Positions 24,804 to 35,713 of a stretch of 64,000 bases of DNA are shown here, piece by piece. Under the pieces are notes generated by a model. That model did not search any database. It was not told the DNA's origin and was given only the letters and a program-made list of their open reading frames with translations. Origin of the DNA: an uncultured Thermus sp. (GTDB lineage Bacteria; Deinococcota; Deinococci; Deinococcales; Thermaceae); contig CAMTVD010000022.1 of the NCBI GenBank assembly GCA_947085095.1, positions 1 through 64,000 on the forward strand. Reading direction: 5' to 3'. Position numbers and translations under genes: made by a program. The stretch's first letter is position 1. Every line of letters begins with the position of its first letter.

Positions 24804-27269
24804 ATGGATGAAGCCGGAGGAACGCTTGCCAGGGAAAGGAGGGAAACCATGCTGCCAGAAACCCTGCCCGTCTGCCCCGTGAGGGGGTCGGTCATCTACC
24901 CCACCATGGTCATGCCCATTGATGCGGGCCGGCCCATCTCCATTCGCGCCATTGACGAGGCCTTAACCCGGGAACGGGTGCTTCTCATCGTGAGCCAGAA
25001 GGACAAGGAGGTGGAAAGCCCCGGGCCCTCGGACCTCTACGAGGTGGGCACCGCCTGCAACATCCTTAAGATGCGCAAGAACCCCGATGGGTCGGTGCAG
25101 GTCTTGGTGCAGGCCTTCGCCCGGGTGCGGGTCAAGGCCTGGCTGGACCGGGGGGACCACCTCGAGGCCCAAGGGGAGGTCATCCCCGACGAGCCCGGGG
25201 ACCCCATCACGGTGAAGGCCCTGATCCGGGAGGTGAAGGACAAGTTCCAGGCCCTTCTCAAGGAGGGGAAGTACCTGCCCCCCGAGGTGGCCCAGTTCGT
25301 CCTCAACCTGGAGGACCCCAGCCAGCTTGCCGACTACATCGCCTTCCACATGGACTTCCGTCTGGAGGACAAGCAGCGGGTTCTGGAGACCGCCGACGTG
25401 GCCGAGCGCCTGAAGCGGGTCCTGGTCCTCCTCGAGGCCGAGCTGGAGCTCATTGAGACGCAAAGGCGCATCCAGCAGCAGGTCAAGGAGGAGATTGATC
25501 GGAACCAGCGGGAGTACTTCCTCCGCGAGCAGATGAAGGCCATCCAGCGGGAGCTTCACGGGGAGGAAGGGGCGGAGGAGGTGGAGGAATTCCGAAAGAA
25601 GATTGAGGCCCTGAACCTGCCTCCCGTGGTGCGCCAGGAGGTGGAGCGGGAACTCAACCGCTTCGCCCGCATGCACCCCGACTCGGCGGAGGCCAGCGTG
25701 GTCCGCACCTACCTGGACTGGATCGTGAACCTCCCCTGGAACGCCCGCACCCAGGACAACCTGGACCTCCACCGGGCCAAGGAGATCCTGGAAAGGGACC
25801 ACTACGGCCTGGAAAAGGTGAAGGACCGGGTTCTGGAGTTCTTGGCGGTGCGCAAGCTGAAGGCGGAACGGGCCAAGCGGGGGGAGATCCCCGAGGAGGA
25901 GGTCAACAAAGGCCCTATCCTCCTCTTCGTGGGTCCGCCCGGGGTGGGGAAGACCTCCATCGCGAGGAGCATCGCCGAGGCCCTGGGGCGGAAGTACGTG
26001 CGCATCTCTTTAGGGGGCGCTCGGGACGAGTCCGACATAAGGGGCCACCGCCGCACCTACATCGGGGCCATGCCCGGCCGCATCATCCAGGGCCTGAGGC
26101 AGGCGGGCACCAAGAACCCCGTCTTCCTCCTGGACGAGGTGGACAAGCTGGGCATCTCCTACCAGGGGGATCCGGCGGCGGCCCTCCTGGAAGTCTTGGA
26201 CCCCGCCCAGAACAAGGAGTTCGTGGACCACTACCTGGGGGTGCCCTTTGACCTCAGCGAGGTGATGTTCATCTGCACCGCCAACTTCCCCCAGAACATC
26301 CCCGCCCCCCTCATGGACCGCATGGAGGCCATTGAGTTCACCAGCTACATTGAGCAGGAGAAGCTGGAGATCGCCAAGCGCTACCTCCTCCCCCGGCAGA
26401 TGCGGGAGACGGGCCTCTCCGAGGGGCAGGTGGTGGTGACCGAGGCCGCTCTTATGCGCCTCATCACCCACTACACCCGGGAGGCGGGGGTCAGGCAGCT
26501 GGAAAGGGAGATCGGGGCCCTTTTGCGCAAGGCCGCAAGGCAGATCCTGGAGGAGGGCAAGAAGCGGGTGCGCATCCTGGAGAAGGACCTGGAGAAGTAC
26601 CTGGGCCCCCCCCGCTTCCTCCCCGAGAGCGAGGCCCGCGAGCCCCAGGTGGGCGTGGCCACGGGGATGTACTACACCCCGGTGGGCGGGGACATCATGT
26701 TCGTGGAGGTCTCCGTGATGCCCGGCAAGGGCAACCTGATCCTCACCGGGCAGCTGGGGGACGTGATGAAGGAATCGGCCCGCGCCGCGCTTTCCTACGC
26801 CAAGAAGAACGCGGGGCGCTTCGGCATCCCCCTGGACCGCTTTGAGAAGAGCGACATCCACATCCACGTGCCCGCGGGGGCCATTCCCAAGGAGGGGCCT
26901 TCGGCGGGGGTGGCCATCGTGAGCGCCCTGGTCTCGGCCCTCACCGGGGTGCCCGTGCGCCACGATATCGCCATGACCGGGGAGATCACCCTCACCGGGA
27001 GGGTGCTCCCCATCGGCGGGGTGAAGGAGAAGGCCCTGGGGGCCAGGCGGGCGGGGATCCGGGAGGTGATCCTGCCCAAGCAGAACGAGCCCGACCTGGC
27101 CGACATCCCGAAGCCCCTCCGGCAGAACATGACCTTCCACTTCGTGGAGCACCTGGACCAGGTCCTGGACCTGGCCCTGGTGGGGGGGATGAAGGCCCTC
27201 GAGGCCCGCGCCCAGGAGGGCAAGACCCCGGCCAAGCGGAGGAAGAAGGAGCTCGTGGCCCACGCCTAA
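24804..27269 (+). CDS. lon: ATP-dependent protease La
   Basis: [25 protein letters not shown]; start may be 24849. Confidence 0.97.
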   Translation: MDEAGGTLARERRETMLPETLPVCPVRGSVIYPTMVMPIDAGRPISIRAIDEALTRERVLLIVSQKDKEVESPGPSDLYEVGTACNILKMRKNPDGSVQVLVQAFARVRVKAWLDRGDHLEAQGEVIPDEPGDPITVKALIREVKDKFQALLKEGKYLPPEVAQFVLNLEDPSQLADYIAFHMDFRLEDKQRVLETADVAERLKRVLVLLEAELELIETQRRIQQQVKEEIDRNQREYFLREQMKAIQRELHGEEGAEEVEEFRKKIEALNLPPVVRQEVERELNRFARMHPDSAEASVVRTYLDWIVNLPWNARTQDNLDLHRAKEILERDHYGLEKVKDRVLEFLAVRKLKAERAKRGEIPEEEVNKGPILLFVGPPGVGKTSIARSIAEALGRKYVRISLGGARDESDIRGHRRTYIGAMPGRIIQGLRQAGTKNPVFLLDEVDKLGISYQGDPAAALLEVLDPAQNKEFVDHYLGVPFDLSEVMFICTANFPQNIPAPLMDRMEAIEFTSYIEQEKLEIAKRYLLPRQMRETGLSEGQVVVTEAALMRLITHYTREAGVRQLEREIGALLRKAARQILEEGKKRVRILEKDLEKYLGPPRFLPESEAREPQVGVATGMYYTPVGGDIMFVEVSVMPGKGNLILTGQLGDVMKESARAALSYAKKNAGRFGIPLDRFEKSDIHIHVPAGAIPKEGPSAGVAIVSALVSALTGVPVRHDIAMTGEITLTGRVLPIGGVKEKALGARRAGIREVILPKQNEPDLADIPKPLRQNMTFHFVEHLDQVLDLALVGGMKALEARAQEGKTPAKRRKKELVAHA

Positions 27270-27280
27270 GGCTCCCTGGG

Positions 27281-28375
27281 CTATTCCAAGGCTTTCTCGT
27301 AGACCTCGAGGTACTGCCGGGTGATCCGTTCGGGGTGGAAGCGCTCGGTGGCGTAGGCCCGGGCCCTCGTTCGCATCCGGGGCAGGTCGGGGCTTTCCAG
27401 GAGGGCGAGGACGGCTTCGGCGAAGCCCTCCAGGTCCCCAAGCTCCACCAGCCTCCCCACCTCGGGGGTGATGAGCTCGGGCACCCCGCCCACGGCGGTG
27501 GCCACCACGGGCACGCCCGAGGCCAGGGCCTCGAGGGCCGCCTGGCCGAAGGACTCCTCCTCCGAGGCTAAAAGGAAGAGGTCCCCCGCCCCCAAGACCT
27601 CCTCCGGATGGGGGGTAGGGGGGTGGAAGGTGACCCAAGGGGCCACCCCCAGTTCCTCCGCCACCCGCCGGGCCTCGCCCTCCTCGGGGCCCTTCCCCAG
27701 AAGGAGAAGGCGGGCCTTCACCCGTTTGCGCACCTTGGCGAAGGCCCGCACGATGTCCGGTACCCGCTTGATGGGGCGGAAGTTGGAGGCGTGGAGAAGA
27801 AGCCACTCCCCCTCCTCGGCGTAAAGCCTTTTCCGTTCTGGACGGGGGTGGAAGCGCTCAGGGTCCACGGCGTTGTGGATGACCTGGGGGCGCACGCCGA
27901 AGGCCTTTTCCGCCTCCCTCGCCAGGGCCCGGCTCACGGCGGTGGTGGCCCTGGCCGCCTGGAGGGCCCTTTTGGTGGGCCCGTGGAAGGCGGGGTCTAA
28001 GCCCAGGACGGAAACGTCGGTGCCGTGGAGGGTGTGCACCAGGGGGAAGTCCGTCCCAAAGGCCAGGTAGGCGGCGGCGGCGTGGGGGATGGCGTAGTGG
28101 GTGTGGACCAGATCCAACCCCAGACGCTTGGCCTCCCGCTCCAGGGTGCCCGCCAGGGAAAGGGTGTAAAGGGGGCCGGGGAAGACGGGGTAGTAGGGCA
28201 GGTCCACGGGCACGAAGGCCACGGGGCTCCCCCTGGGGAGGCGGAAGGGGCGCTCGGTGGCGAAAAGGTAGACGCGGTGGCCCAGCCGGGCCAGGCGCTC
28301 CGCCAGCTCCGTGGCCACCACCCCGCTTCCCCCAAGCCCGGGGTAGGCCGCAAGGCCCAGGCGAAGGGGCCTCAC
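27281..28375 (-). CDS. bshA: N-acetyl-alpha-D-glucosaminyl L-malate synthase (bacillithiol)
   Basis: YPGLGGSGVVATEL, HYAIPHA, SNFRPIKR, EESFG. Confidence 0.9.
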   Translation of the reverse strand: MRPLRLGLAAYPGLGGSGVVATELAERLARLGHRVYLFATERPFRLPRGSPVAFVPVDLPYYPVFPGPLYTLSLAGTLEREAKRLGLDLVHTHYAIPHAAAAYLAFGTDFPLVHTLHGTDVSVLGLDPAFHGPTKRALQAARATTAVSRALAREAEKAFGVRPQVIHNAVDPERFHPRPERKRLYAEEGEWLLLHASNFRPIKRVPDIVRAFAKVRKRVKARLLLLGKGPEEGEARRVAEELGVAPWVTFHPPTPHPEEVLGAGDLFLLASEEESFGQAALEALASGVPVVATAVGGVPELITPEVGRLVELGDLEGFAEAVLALLESPDLPRMRTRARAYATERFHPERITRQYLEVYEKALE

Positions 28376-28483
28376 TCCTGGCCCCCCTCGGTCCGAGGGA
28401 GGGGAGTGGGTCTCCTTTCTCCCAGCGCCTCCATCTCTGGGGTCGCACCGCACCCAGGCATGGCCTGAGTTTAGCCCAGAACC

Positions 28484-28723
28484 TCAGAGGTCGGGACCTT
28501 CCCCCTCCATCCCCCGGAGGAGGGCCTCCGCCTCCTCCATGTAGGAATCCCAGGGAATGAGGGCGAAACCAGCCCCTCCCCGGGCGGCGTAGTAGGGCAG
28601 GTCCAGACGCAAGGGGGTGCGCACCTCCCAGGACTCCCGCACCAGGGCGGGCGGGGGCTTGGGGTGGGGACGGGGCAGGAGGCGTTCCAGCAGGAGGGCG
28701 AGGCGGTAGGGGATGAGGCCCAT
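28484..28723 (-). CDS. Hypothetical protein
   Basis: 79 aa ORF coupled to the VWA gene stop. Confidence 0.6.
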   Translation of the reverse strand: MGLIPYRLALLLERLLPRPHPKPPPALVRESWEVRTPLRLDLPYYAARGGAGFALIPWDSYMEEAEALLRGMEGEGPDL

Positions 28724-29952
28724 CAGTTCCTCCGCACCTTCTTGTTGAGGAAGTCCAGGAGGAGGTAGCGGCCGATGTTGCCGGGATGGGTGAGGTAGGC
28801 CTTGCCCCGGGTGATCTGGGAAAGCTTTTTCACAAAGGCCAAGAGCTCTGGCTCCCGGGCCAGCATGAAGGTGTGGATGGGGATCCCCTCCCGGCGGGCC
28901 AGGGTGGCCTCCTTGAGGGTTTCCGCCAGGATCAGGGGGTCCAGGCCCCAGGCGTTTTTGTAGATCTCCCCGCTGGGCAGGGTCAGGGCCGAGGGCTTGC
29001 CATCCGTGATAAGGATCATCTGCCGCATCTCCCCGCCCATCTTCTTGAGGAGGGTGCGGGCCAGTTCCAGCCCCGCCTTGGTGTTGGTGTGGTAGGGGCC
29101 CACCTGGGCCAGGGGCAGTTTGGCCAGGGGGATCTCCTCCGCGGTGTCGTGGAAGAGGACGAAGCGCACCCGGTCCCCGGGAAACTGGGTGCGGATGAGG
29201 TGGGCCAGGGCCAGGGCTACCCGCTTGGCGGGGGTGAAGCGGTCCTCCCCGTAGAGGATCATGGAGTGGGAGCAGTCCAAAAGGACCACGGTGCTCATGC
29301 TGGCGGTGTACTCCGCCAGGTCTATGACCAAGTCCCCCTGGTCCAGGTTCTCCAGGCCTTTGGCCGCTACCTTCTTGAGGGTCTCGGGAACGTTGAGCTC
29401 CAGGGGGTCCCCCCAGTCCCAGGGCTTGGTCTCCCCGGTCTTCTCCACCCCGGGGGCGTGGTGGGGGGTGGGGTGGAGGCCCGGAGGGTTGCGGCCCAGG
29501 GCCCCCAGGAGCTCCCTGAGGCTTTTCAGCCCCAAAAAGTCCGAGGCCTTTTCCGTGAGCTCAAGCCGCGCTTCCCCCGCCTCCCCCCGGTACCCCCCTT
29601 GGGCGGGGTTGGTGGGGTCCTCCCCGGGAAGTCGGAGGTATCCCGCCTCCTTTAGCTTCTGGATCATCCCCTGGATCGCCTGGTAGAGCCGGGTCTCCTC
29701 CTTGCGGTTGGCGAAGCGGGCCTCCCTTAGCCAGTCCTCGGGGACCAGCTCGTTCTTGAGGAGGGCCTGGAGGAGGGCGTCGTAGAGGTCCTCCAGGGTG
29801 GGGGCACGGCTCGGGTCGGGGTCGTAGCGCTGGAAGGGGTCCTGGAAGCCCGAGTCCAGGAGGAAGTCCTCCAGGAGGGCGAGGATCTCCTCGGGGGAGA
29901 GGCCCTCGAGGCCTCCCTGGTAGCGGCTGTAGCGGACGGCCTTAGTTGCCAT
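28723..29952 (-). CDS. VWA domain-containing protein
   Basis: MIDAS DCSHSM, ITDG; start MATKAVRY. Confidence 0.9.
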   Translation of the reverse strand: MATKAVRYSRYQGGLEGLSPEEILALLEDFLLDSGFQDPFQRYDPDPSRAPTLEDLYDALLQALLKNELVPEDWLREARFANRKEETRLYQAIQGMIQKLKEAGYLRLPGEDPTNPAQGGYRGEAGEARLELTEKASDFLGLKSLRELLGALGRNPPGLHPTPHHAPGVEKTGETKPWDWGDPLELNVPETLKKVAAKGLENLDQGDLVIDLAEYTASMSTVVLLDCSHSMILYGEDRFTPAKRVALALAHLIRTQFPGDRVRFVLFHDTAEEIPLAKLPLAQVGPYHTNTKAGLELARTLLKKMGGEMRQMILITDGKPSALTLPSGEIYKNAWGLDPLILAETLKEATLARREGIPIHTFMLAREPELLAFVKKLSQITRGKAYLTHPGNIGRYLLLDFLNKKVRRN

Positions 29953-31333
29953 ACCCCCTCGCCCTCTCCGCCGCCTGGTAGCTGGTTTCTCCGCGGGAGA
30001 GTTTCTTCCGGCCCACCAGGCCCTCCAGGACGAACTCCCCCGCGGAGAGGAGGCGTTCGGGGTCTTCCCCCTCCGCCAAGAGATGGGCCGCCTCCACCAG
30101 CCCCGGGACCTCGGCCATGGCGGAAAGGGCCTCTTTGGGGTTCTCGGGCAGGGTGAGGAGGTTCCCTTCCTCAAAGTAGGCCACGATGGGCTCGGTCCTC
30201 AGGCGGTAGCGGGGAAGCACCATGCCGAAGGCCCGCTGGACGAGGTCCTTGGCCACCTTGTCCGCCCCCTGGAGCTCTCCCTCGTACTCCAGCTCCAGCT
30301 TGCCGGTGATGGCGGGGAGGCCCGCGTAGAGGTCTAGGGGCCGGGCCACGGGCCTTCCCCCCTGGAGGAGGGCCCGCCTTTCGGCGCTCGTCGCCACCAC
30401 CTCCAAAAGGCTGATGGCCAGGCGCTGGGAGACCCCTGCCGTCTGGTCCACCCTACGGTCCTCCCGGGCGGCGAAGGCCACGGCCTCCACGGAAAGGCGG
30501 ATCCACTCGGGCACCTCCACCCCTTCGGGGAGGAAGGCCTCCTGGGCGCTGATCCCCGCCCCCTCCTCCAGGGAGCGGGGGTAGTGGGTGCGGATCTCGC
30601 TGCCGATGCGGTCCTTCAGGGGGGCGACGATCCTTCCCCGGGCCGTGTAGTCCTGGGGGTTGGCGGTGAAGACCAGCCAGACGTCCAGGGGGAGCCTTAT
30701 GGGGTAGCCCCGGATCTGGACGTCCCCCTCCTCGAGGATGTTGAAAAGGGCCACCTGGACCTTGGGGGCCAGGTCGGCGAGCTCGTTCACGGCAAAGATG
30801 CCCCGGTTGGCCCGGGGCAGGAGGCCGTAGTGGATGCTTTCCAGGTCGGCCATCCCCCTGCCCCGGCGGGCGGCCTTGATGGGGTCCATATCCCCCAGGA
30901 GGTCGGCCACGGTGGTGTCGGGGGTGGCCAGCTTCTCCACGTACCGCTCCTCCCGCCCCACCCAGACAATGGGGGCCTCGTCCCCGGCCTCCTCAAGTAG
31001 CCTTTTCCCCTCGGGGGAGATGGGGCTTAGGGGATTGTCCCTAAGCTCGGTGGCCAGGGCGGGGATCTCCTCGTCTAGAAGGGAGGTGAGGCTACGGAGG
31101 ATGCGGCTTTTCGCCTGCCCCCGGGTGCCCAGGAGGATGAAGTTCTGCTTGGCCAGAATGGCCTGGACCAGGGCAGGGATGACGGTGTCCTCGTACCCGT
31201 GGATGCCGGGGAAGAGGGGCCCCTTTCGCCTTAACTTCTCCAGAAGGTTCGCCCGCGCCTCCTCCTTCACCGAGCGCTTGAGCTTTGCCAAGGGGTAGGT
31301 GCGCTTGAGCTCGCCGAGGGTTTTCGCCTTCAC
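29942..31333 (-). CDS. AAA+ ATPase (Mg-chelatase / MoxR-like)
   Basis: [18 protein letters not shown]...DRIGSEI. Confidence 0.88.
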   Translation of the reverse strand: MKAKTLGELKRTYPLAKLKRSVKEEARANLLEKLRRKGPLFPGIHGYEDTVIPALVQAILAKQNFILLGTRGQAKSRILRSLTSLLDEEIPALATELRDNPLSPISPEGKRLLEEAGDEAPIVWVGREERYVEKLATPDTTVADLLGDMDPIKAARRGRGMADLESIHYGLLPRANRGIFAVNELADLAPKVQVALFNILEEGDVQIRGYPIRLPLDVWLVFTANPQDYTARGRIVAPLKDRIGSEIRTHYPRSLEEGAGISAQEAFLPEGVEVPEWIRLSVEAVAFAAREDRRVDQTAGVSQRLAISLLEVVATSAERRALLQGGRPVARPLDLYAGLPAITGKLELEYEGELQGADKVAKDLVQRAFGMVLPRYRLRTEPIVAYFEEGNLLTLPENPKEALSAMAEVPGLVEAAHLLAEGEDPERLLSAGEFVLEGLVGRKKLSRGETSYQAAERARGYGN

Positions 31334-31440
31334 CCTTCCCAGTTTAGGGCTTTAGCCGGGGAGGTCTGTGGGCGTGGTCCCTATGGGCAGGCCTGGCGCT
31401 GCCTAACGCCTTTCTCATGCCCAGGGGATATCTTGGCAGC

Positions 31441-31983
31441 GTGGAGATCCATGGCACCACCATCCTGGCCGTGCGCAAGGGCGGGGTCACCGCTTTGGCG
31501 GGGGACGGGCAGGTCACCTTCGGCCAGACGGTCCTGAAACGGGGGGCGGTGAAGGTGCGCCGCCTCGAGGTGGGCGAAGGGGTCCTGGTGGGCTTCGCCG
31601 GGGGCGTGGCCGACGCCATGGCCCTTCTGGAGAGGTTTGAGGAGCGCCTTCGGGAGGCCAAGGGGAGCCTGCTTAAGGGGGCGGTGGAGACCGCTAAGCT
31701 CTGGCGCACCGACCGGGTTCTGCGCCACCTCCAGGCCATGATCGTGGCCGCTGACCGGGAGAACATGGTCCTCCTCTCGGGAAGCGGCGAGGTCATCGCT
31801 CCCGAGGAGCCCCTCCTGGCGGTGGGGAGCGGGGGTCCCTACGCCTTGGCGGCGGCCAAGGCCCTTTACCGCCATTCCTCCTTGGGCGCCCGGGAGATCG
31901 CCGAGGAGGCCCTCAAGATCGCCGCGGAGGTGGACCTCTACACCTCGGGCCAGGTCACGGTCCTCACCCTGGGGGAAGCATGA
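31441..31983 (+). CDS. hslV: HslUV protease, peptidase subunit
   Basis: HGTTILAV N-terminal Thr nucleophile, GDGQVT, GSGG. Confidence 0.96.
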   Translation: MEIHGTTILAVRKGGVTALAGDGQVTFGQTVLKRGAVKVRRLEVGEGVLVGFAGGVADAMALLERFEERLREAKGSLLKGAVETAKLWRTDRVLRHLQAMIVAADRENMVLLSGSGEVIAPEEPLLAVGSGGPYALAAAKALYRHSSLGAREIAEEALKIAAEVDLYTSGQVTVLTLGEA

Positions 31984-33230
31984 ACCTGACGCCCGCCGAG
32001 ATCGTAAGGGAGCTTTCCAAGCACATCGTAGGCCAGGAGGCGGCCAAGAAGGCGGTGGCCGTGGCCCTAAGGAACCGCTACCGCCGCAAGAAGCTCCCCC
32101 CCGAGGTGGCCCGGGAGGTGACGCCCAAGAACATCCTCATGATCGGGCCCACGGGGGTGGGGAAGACGGAGATCGCCAGGCGCCTGGCCCGCTTGGCTGG
32201 GGCTCCTTTTGTGAAGGTGGAGGCCACCAAGTTCACCGAGGTGGGCTACGTGGGCCGGGACGTGGACGCCATCGTGCGCGATCTGGCCGAGGCCAGCTAC
32301 CAGCTGGTGCTGGAGGAGATGAAGAAGGAGGTGGAGGAGAAGGCCCTGGCCTTCGCCGAGGAGGAGCTGGCCACCCTGCTCCGCGCCTCCATCGCCGAGG
32401 TGCGCTCGGGCCGCCTGGACGGGCTTTCCGTGGAGGTCCAGGTGGAGGAGGAGGTGGGCCTCCCCTTCATGGGGGTCCTGGGGGGAGAGGCCTTCGGCGG
32501 CATGGGCGAGATGCTCAAGGGCCTCCTGCCCAAGCGCCCCGTGCGCAAGCGCATGACCGTGAAGGAGGCGCGGGAGGTCCTCAAGAACCAGCATGCGGAA
32601 CGCCTCATAGACAAGGAGGAACTCAAGGAGGAGGCGAGGCGCCGGGCCCAGGAGGAGGGCATCGTCTTCATTGACGAGATTGACAAAGTAGCCCGTCGCG
32701 AGGGGACCGTGGGGCCCGATGTGTCCGGGGAGGGGGTACAGCGGGACCTCCTGCCCATCGTGGAGGGAACGGTGGTCTCTACCCGGATTGGCCCCGTTTC
32801 CACGGAGCACGTCCTCTTCATCGCCGCCGGGGCTTTCCACGTGGCCAAGCCCTCGGACCTGATCCCCGAGCTCCAGGGGCGTTTCCCCATCCGGGTGGAG
32901 CTTTCCCCCTTAGGCCCCGGGGAGTTCTACCGCATCCTGAAGGAGCCCGAGAACTCCCTCATCCGGCAGTACACGGAGCTTCTCCGCGCCGATGGCACCG
33001 AGCTCGTCTTTGAGGACGAAGCCCTTTGGGCCATCGCCCAGGCGGCTCACCGGGCCAACCAGGAGCTGGAGGACATCGGGGCCAGGAGGCTGGCCACGGT
33101 GTTGGAGCGGGTGCTGGAGGAGGTGAGCTTCCAGACCGACCTGGGCCGGGTGGAGATCACCCGGGCCTATGTGGAAAAGCGCTTGGAGGCGGTTTTCGCC
33201 TCTCCGGACCTGACGCGGTTTGTCTTGTAG
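31980..33230 (+). CDS. hslU: HslUV protease, ATPase subunit
   Basis: [20 protein letters not shown]. Confidence 0.97.
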   Translation: MNLTPAEIVRELSKHIVGQEAAKKAVAVALRNRYRRKKLPPEVAREVTPKNILMIGPTGVGKTEIARRLARLAGAPFVKVEATKFTEVGYVGRDVDAIVRDLAEASYQLVLEEMKKEVEEKALAFAEEELATLLRASIAEVRSGRLDGLSVEVQVEEEVGLPFMGVLGGEAFGGMGEMLKGLLPKRPVRKRMTVKEAREVLKNQHAERLIDKEELKEEARRRAQEEGIVFIDEIDKVARREGTVGPDVSGEGVQRDLLPIVEGTVVSTRIGPVSTEHVLFIAAGAFHVAKPSDLIPELQGRFPIRVELSPLGPGEFYRILKEPENSLIRQYTELLRADGTELVFEDEALWAIAQAAHRANQELEDIGARRLATVLERVLEEVSFQTDLGRVEITRAYVEKRLEAVFASPDLTRFVL

Positions 33231-33240
33231 GAGGAAGGAT

Positions 33241-34305
33241 ATGCGCTGGTTTCTCTTGAGTCTAGGCTTGTTGGCGACTTCCGTTCTGGCCCAGACCCCC
33301 CCACCCCCCCCCGGTCAGGTGCAGCAGGACTCCTTGAAGATGGGGGTGCAGCTTTACGCTCTGGGGCGGTACGAGGCGGCCCTAGCCTTCTTTGAGCGGG
33401 CGGTCAGGGAGAGCCCTCAGAACCCCGATGCCCTTTACTGGTTGGCCCGGGCCCAGCTGAAGATGGGCCTTCTCAACCCCGCTTTGGAGAACGCCAAGGG
33501 TTTGGTGGCTAGGAACCCCCGCTATACCGGGGGGTACATGGTCCTCGCCGAGGCCTACGTGGCCCTCTACCGGGCCGCGGAGGACCGGGAAAAGGGGAAG
33601 GTTCACCTGGAGCAGGCCCTTTCCGTACTGCGGGATGCGGAAAGGATCAATCCTCGGTACGCCCCCATCTTTGCCCAGCGGGGCCTGGTTTACGCCTTCC
33701 TGGGGCAGATGGACAGGGCCGAGGAGGCCTTTAAGCGGGCCCTGGCCCTCGAGGACACCCCCGAGGTGCGCTCGGCCTTGGCTGAGGTCTACTTGGCCAC
33801 AGGCCGCCTGGACGAGGCCTTGGAGCAGTACGCCAAGGCGGTGGGCCTGGCCCCCAAGAACCTGGACCTCCGGGTGCGCTACGCCTCGGCCCTGCTCCTC
33901 AAGGGGAGGCCGGAGGAGGCCGCGAAGGTCCTGGAGGAGGGGCACAGGCTCAAGCCCCTGGACGCCGAGGGCTGGTATACCTTGGGGCAGGCCTATCTGG
34001 CCCTGGGGCGGGCCAAGGAGGCTGGGGTAGCCCTGGAAAACGCCGTGGCCCTGGCTCCCTTGCGCTTCCCCGCCGCCTACTACTACTTGGGCCAGGTCTA
34101 TTTGGCCTTGGGGGAACACGAGAAGGCCAGGGGCCGCCTCACGGTGGCGGTGCGCCTCGAGCCCAAGAGGGCGGAGTACCGCTACCTCCTCTGCCTGGCC
34201 AATGAGCGGCTGGGGGACAAGGAGGGGGCCCGGTACCAGTGCCAGGAGGCCCTCAAGCTGAAGCCTGGCTACAAGGAGGCGGAGGAGGTCCTGAGGCGCC
34301 TGTAG
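33241..34305 (+). CDS. Secreted TPR-repeat protein
   Basis: Signal peptide and multiple TPR motifs. Confidence 0.88.
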   Translation: MRWFLLSLGLLATSVLAQTPPPPPGQVQQDSLKMGVQLYALGRYEAALAFFERAVRESPQNPDALYWLARAQLKMGLLNPALENAKGLVARNPRYTGGYMVLAEAYVALYRAAEDREKGKVHLEQALSVLRDAERINPRYAPIFAQRGLVYAFLGQMDRAEEAFKRALALEDTPEVRSALAEVYLATGRLDEALEQYAKAVGLAPKNLDLRVRYASALLLKGRPEEAAKVLEEGHRLKPLDAEGWYTLGQAYLALGRAKEAGVALENAVALAPLRFPAAYYYLGQVYLALGEHEKARGRLTVAVRLEPKRAEYRYLLCLANERLGDKEGARYQCQEALKLKPGYKEAEEVLRRL

Positions 34306-34352
34306 CCTTGGGCTTCCCCTTGGGATGGGCCTGGGCTAAGGTGGGAAGGTCC

Positions 34353-35084
34353 ATGTGGCGGTACCAGGGCGGCGCCTTTTTCCCCGAGGCCTTTCCCCTT
34401 CCGGAGGAGGCCAGCCTGCTCCTGGTGCTGAACGGGACCCCGTGGACCTCCCTGAGCTACACCCCAGGAGAGGAGGCCTACCTGGTCTTGGGCCACCTCT
34501 TTCTGAGCGGGGTGCTGGAGGGCCTCGAGGGGGTTCGCCTCCAGGTGGGGGAGGGGGTGGTTCTGGTGGAGCTGCCCTCCCTGCCGGAGAAGGGGTTGGG
34601 CGCACGGGATGCGGGGTGTGCGGCGGGGTTGCGCTATGGGGAGCCCAGGCTGGCCCTCCTACCCCGGGTGCCCTTGGACCCCAGGCTTCCCCTCCAGCTC
34701 ATGGCGGAGCTTCGTGCCCGCTCGCGGCGGTATCCGGAAACCCGGGGCATTCACGGGGCGGCCCTTTTTGACCTCGAGGGCAGGTTGCTTTACCTGAACG
34801 AGGACATTGGCCGCCACAACGCTGTGGACCGGCTGGCGGGCTTCATGCTCCTTGAGGGCATCCGTCCCCCGGTTCTCTTGGCCTCCACCGGCCGGGTGAG
34901 CCGGGAGATGGCCGCCAAGGCCATCGGCCTGGGGGCGGTGCTCCTGGCTACCCGCACCGGGGCCACGGCCCCAGCGGTGAAGCTAGCCCAGGACTACGGG
35001 CTGGCCCTGGCCACCTACGTGCGCCCCGGGAGCTACCGTCTTTATGCCCCCGGAGGGATTTTCCAGGAAGCTCCTAAGCCTTAG
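34353..35084 (+). CDS. fdhD: Formate dehydrogenase accessory sulfurtransferase FdhD-like
   Basis: [23 protein letters not shown]. Confidence 0.88.
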   Translation: MWRYQGGAFFPEAFPLPEEASLLLVLNGTPWTSLSYTPGEEAYLVLGHLFLSGVLEGLEGVRLQVGEGVVLVELPSLPEKGLGARDAGCAAGLRYGEPRLALLPRVPLDPRLPLQLMAELRARSRRYPETRGIHGAALFDLEGRLLYLNEDIGRHNAVDRLAGFMLLEGIRPPVLLASTGRVSREMAAKAIGLGAVLLATRTGATAPAVKLAQDYGLALATYVRPGSYRLYAPGGIFQEAPKP

Positions 35085-35238
35085 GCTCTTCCTTCTTCTC
35101 CTCCCCCTCTTGCAGGCCCTTTTTAAACTCCCGGGCCGACTGGCCGATGCCCCGAGCCAGCTCGGGTAGCTTCTTGGCGCCAAAGAGGAGCAGGATGACC
35201 AGGAGGATGAGGATGATTTCCAGCGGTCCTAGGTGCAT
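35074..35238 (-). CDS. tatA: Twin-arginine translocase TatA/TatE subunit
   Basis: [41 protein letters not shown]. Confidence 0.95.
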   Translation of the reverse strand: MHLGPLEIILILLVILLLFGAKKLPELARGIGQSAREFKKGLQEGEEKKEEPKA

Positions 35239-35257
35239 GGGGCCATAATAGCACGCC

Positions 35258-35286
35258 TTGACCCTCCTTGGGTGAGGTGCTATCGT
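35258..35286 (+). promoter_or_regulatory. Sigma-A promoter of the tRNA operon
   Basis: TTGACC-N17-TATCGT with extended -10 TG. Confidence 0.75.
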
Positions 35287-35308
35287 GGCCTGTGGGTGGC
35301 CACGGCCC

Positions 35309-35385
35309 CGGGGCGTAGCGCAGGCCGGTAGCGCACCTGCTTTGGGAGCAGGGGGTCGCCCGTTCAAATCGGGCCGCCCCGACCA
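35309..35385 (+). tRNA. tRNA-Pro(TGG)
   Basis: Cloverleaf, anticodon stem CCTGC/GCAGG with TTTGGGA loop, GTTCAAATC, CCA end. Confidence 0.96.
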
Positions 35386-35386
35386 C

Positions 35387-35463
35387 GCGGGAGTAGCTCA
35401 GTTTGGTAGAGCATCGGCCTTCCAAGCCGAGGGTCGCGGGTTCGAGTCCCGTCTCCCGCTCCA
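35387..35463 (+). tRNA. tRNA-Gly(TCC)
   Basis: Cloverleaf, CTTCCAA anticodon loop, GTTCGAGTC, CCA end. Confidence 0.96.
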
Positions 35464-35496
35464 CAAAGCCGGGGCTTTGGCCCCGGTGCCTTTCTT

Positions 35497-35572
35497 GGGC
35501 CCGTAGCTCAGGGGACAGAGCAGCCGCCTTCTAAGCGGTAGGTCGGGGGTTCGAATCCCTCCGGGCCCGCCA
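35497..35572 (+). tRNA. tRNA-Arg(TCT), integration target
   Basis: Cloverleaf, CTTCTAA anticodon loop, GTTCGAATC, CCA end. Confidence 0.96.
35527..35572 (+). repeat. attL (3' 46 bp of tRNA-Arg)
   Basis: CCTTCTAAGCGGTAGGTCGGGGGTTCGAATCCCTCCGGGCCCGCCA. Confidence 0.93.
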
Positions 35573-35613
35573 CCTTCTGAAGGCAAAGCTTCCGCACTCG
35601 GAAGCTTAGGAAT

Positions 35614-35713
35614 GGGTCAAGCTGACCCCCATACTTGACCCCCAAAGGAAGGGCAAACCTCTCCCCCGGCCTCGAGGCCGGGGGGCGGTTTTGGGGGTCA
35701 GCTTTAGGGGTCA
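35614..35713. repeat. TGACCCC motifs, putative integrase arm-type sites (left end)
   Basis: Direct copies at 35623 and 35636; inverted copies at about 35614 (partial), 35693 and 35707. Confidence 0.7.
35663..35692. terminator. GC hairpin between the tRNA operon and the integrase 3' end
   Basis: CCCCCGGCCTCGAGGCCGGGGG palindrome followed by GCGGTTTT. Confidence 0.55.

Noticed and set aside
31980..33230. Short HslU (416 aa) as a possible deletion
   Set aside because: All motifs are present; a shortened I-domain is, to my recollection, normal for Thermus HslU.
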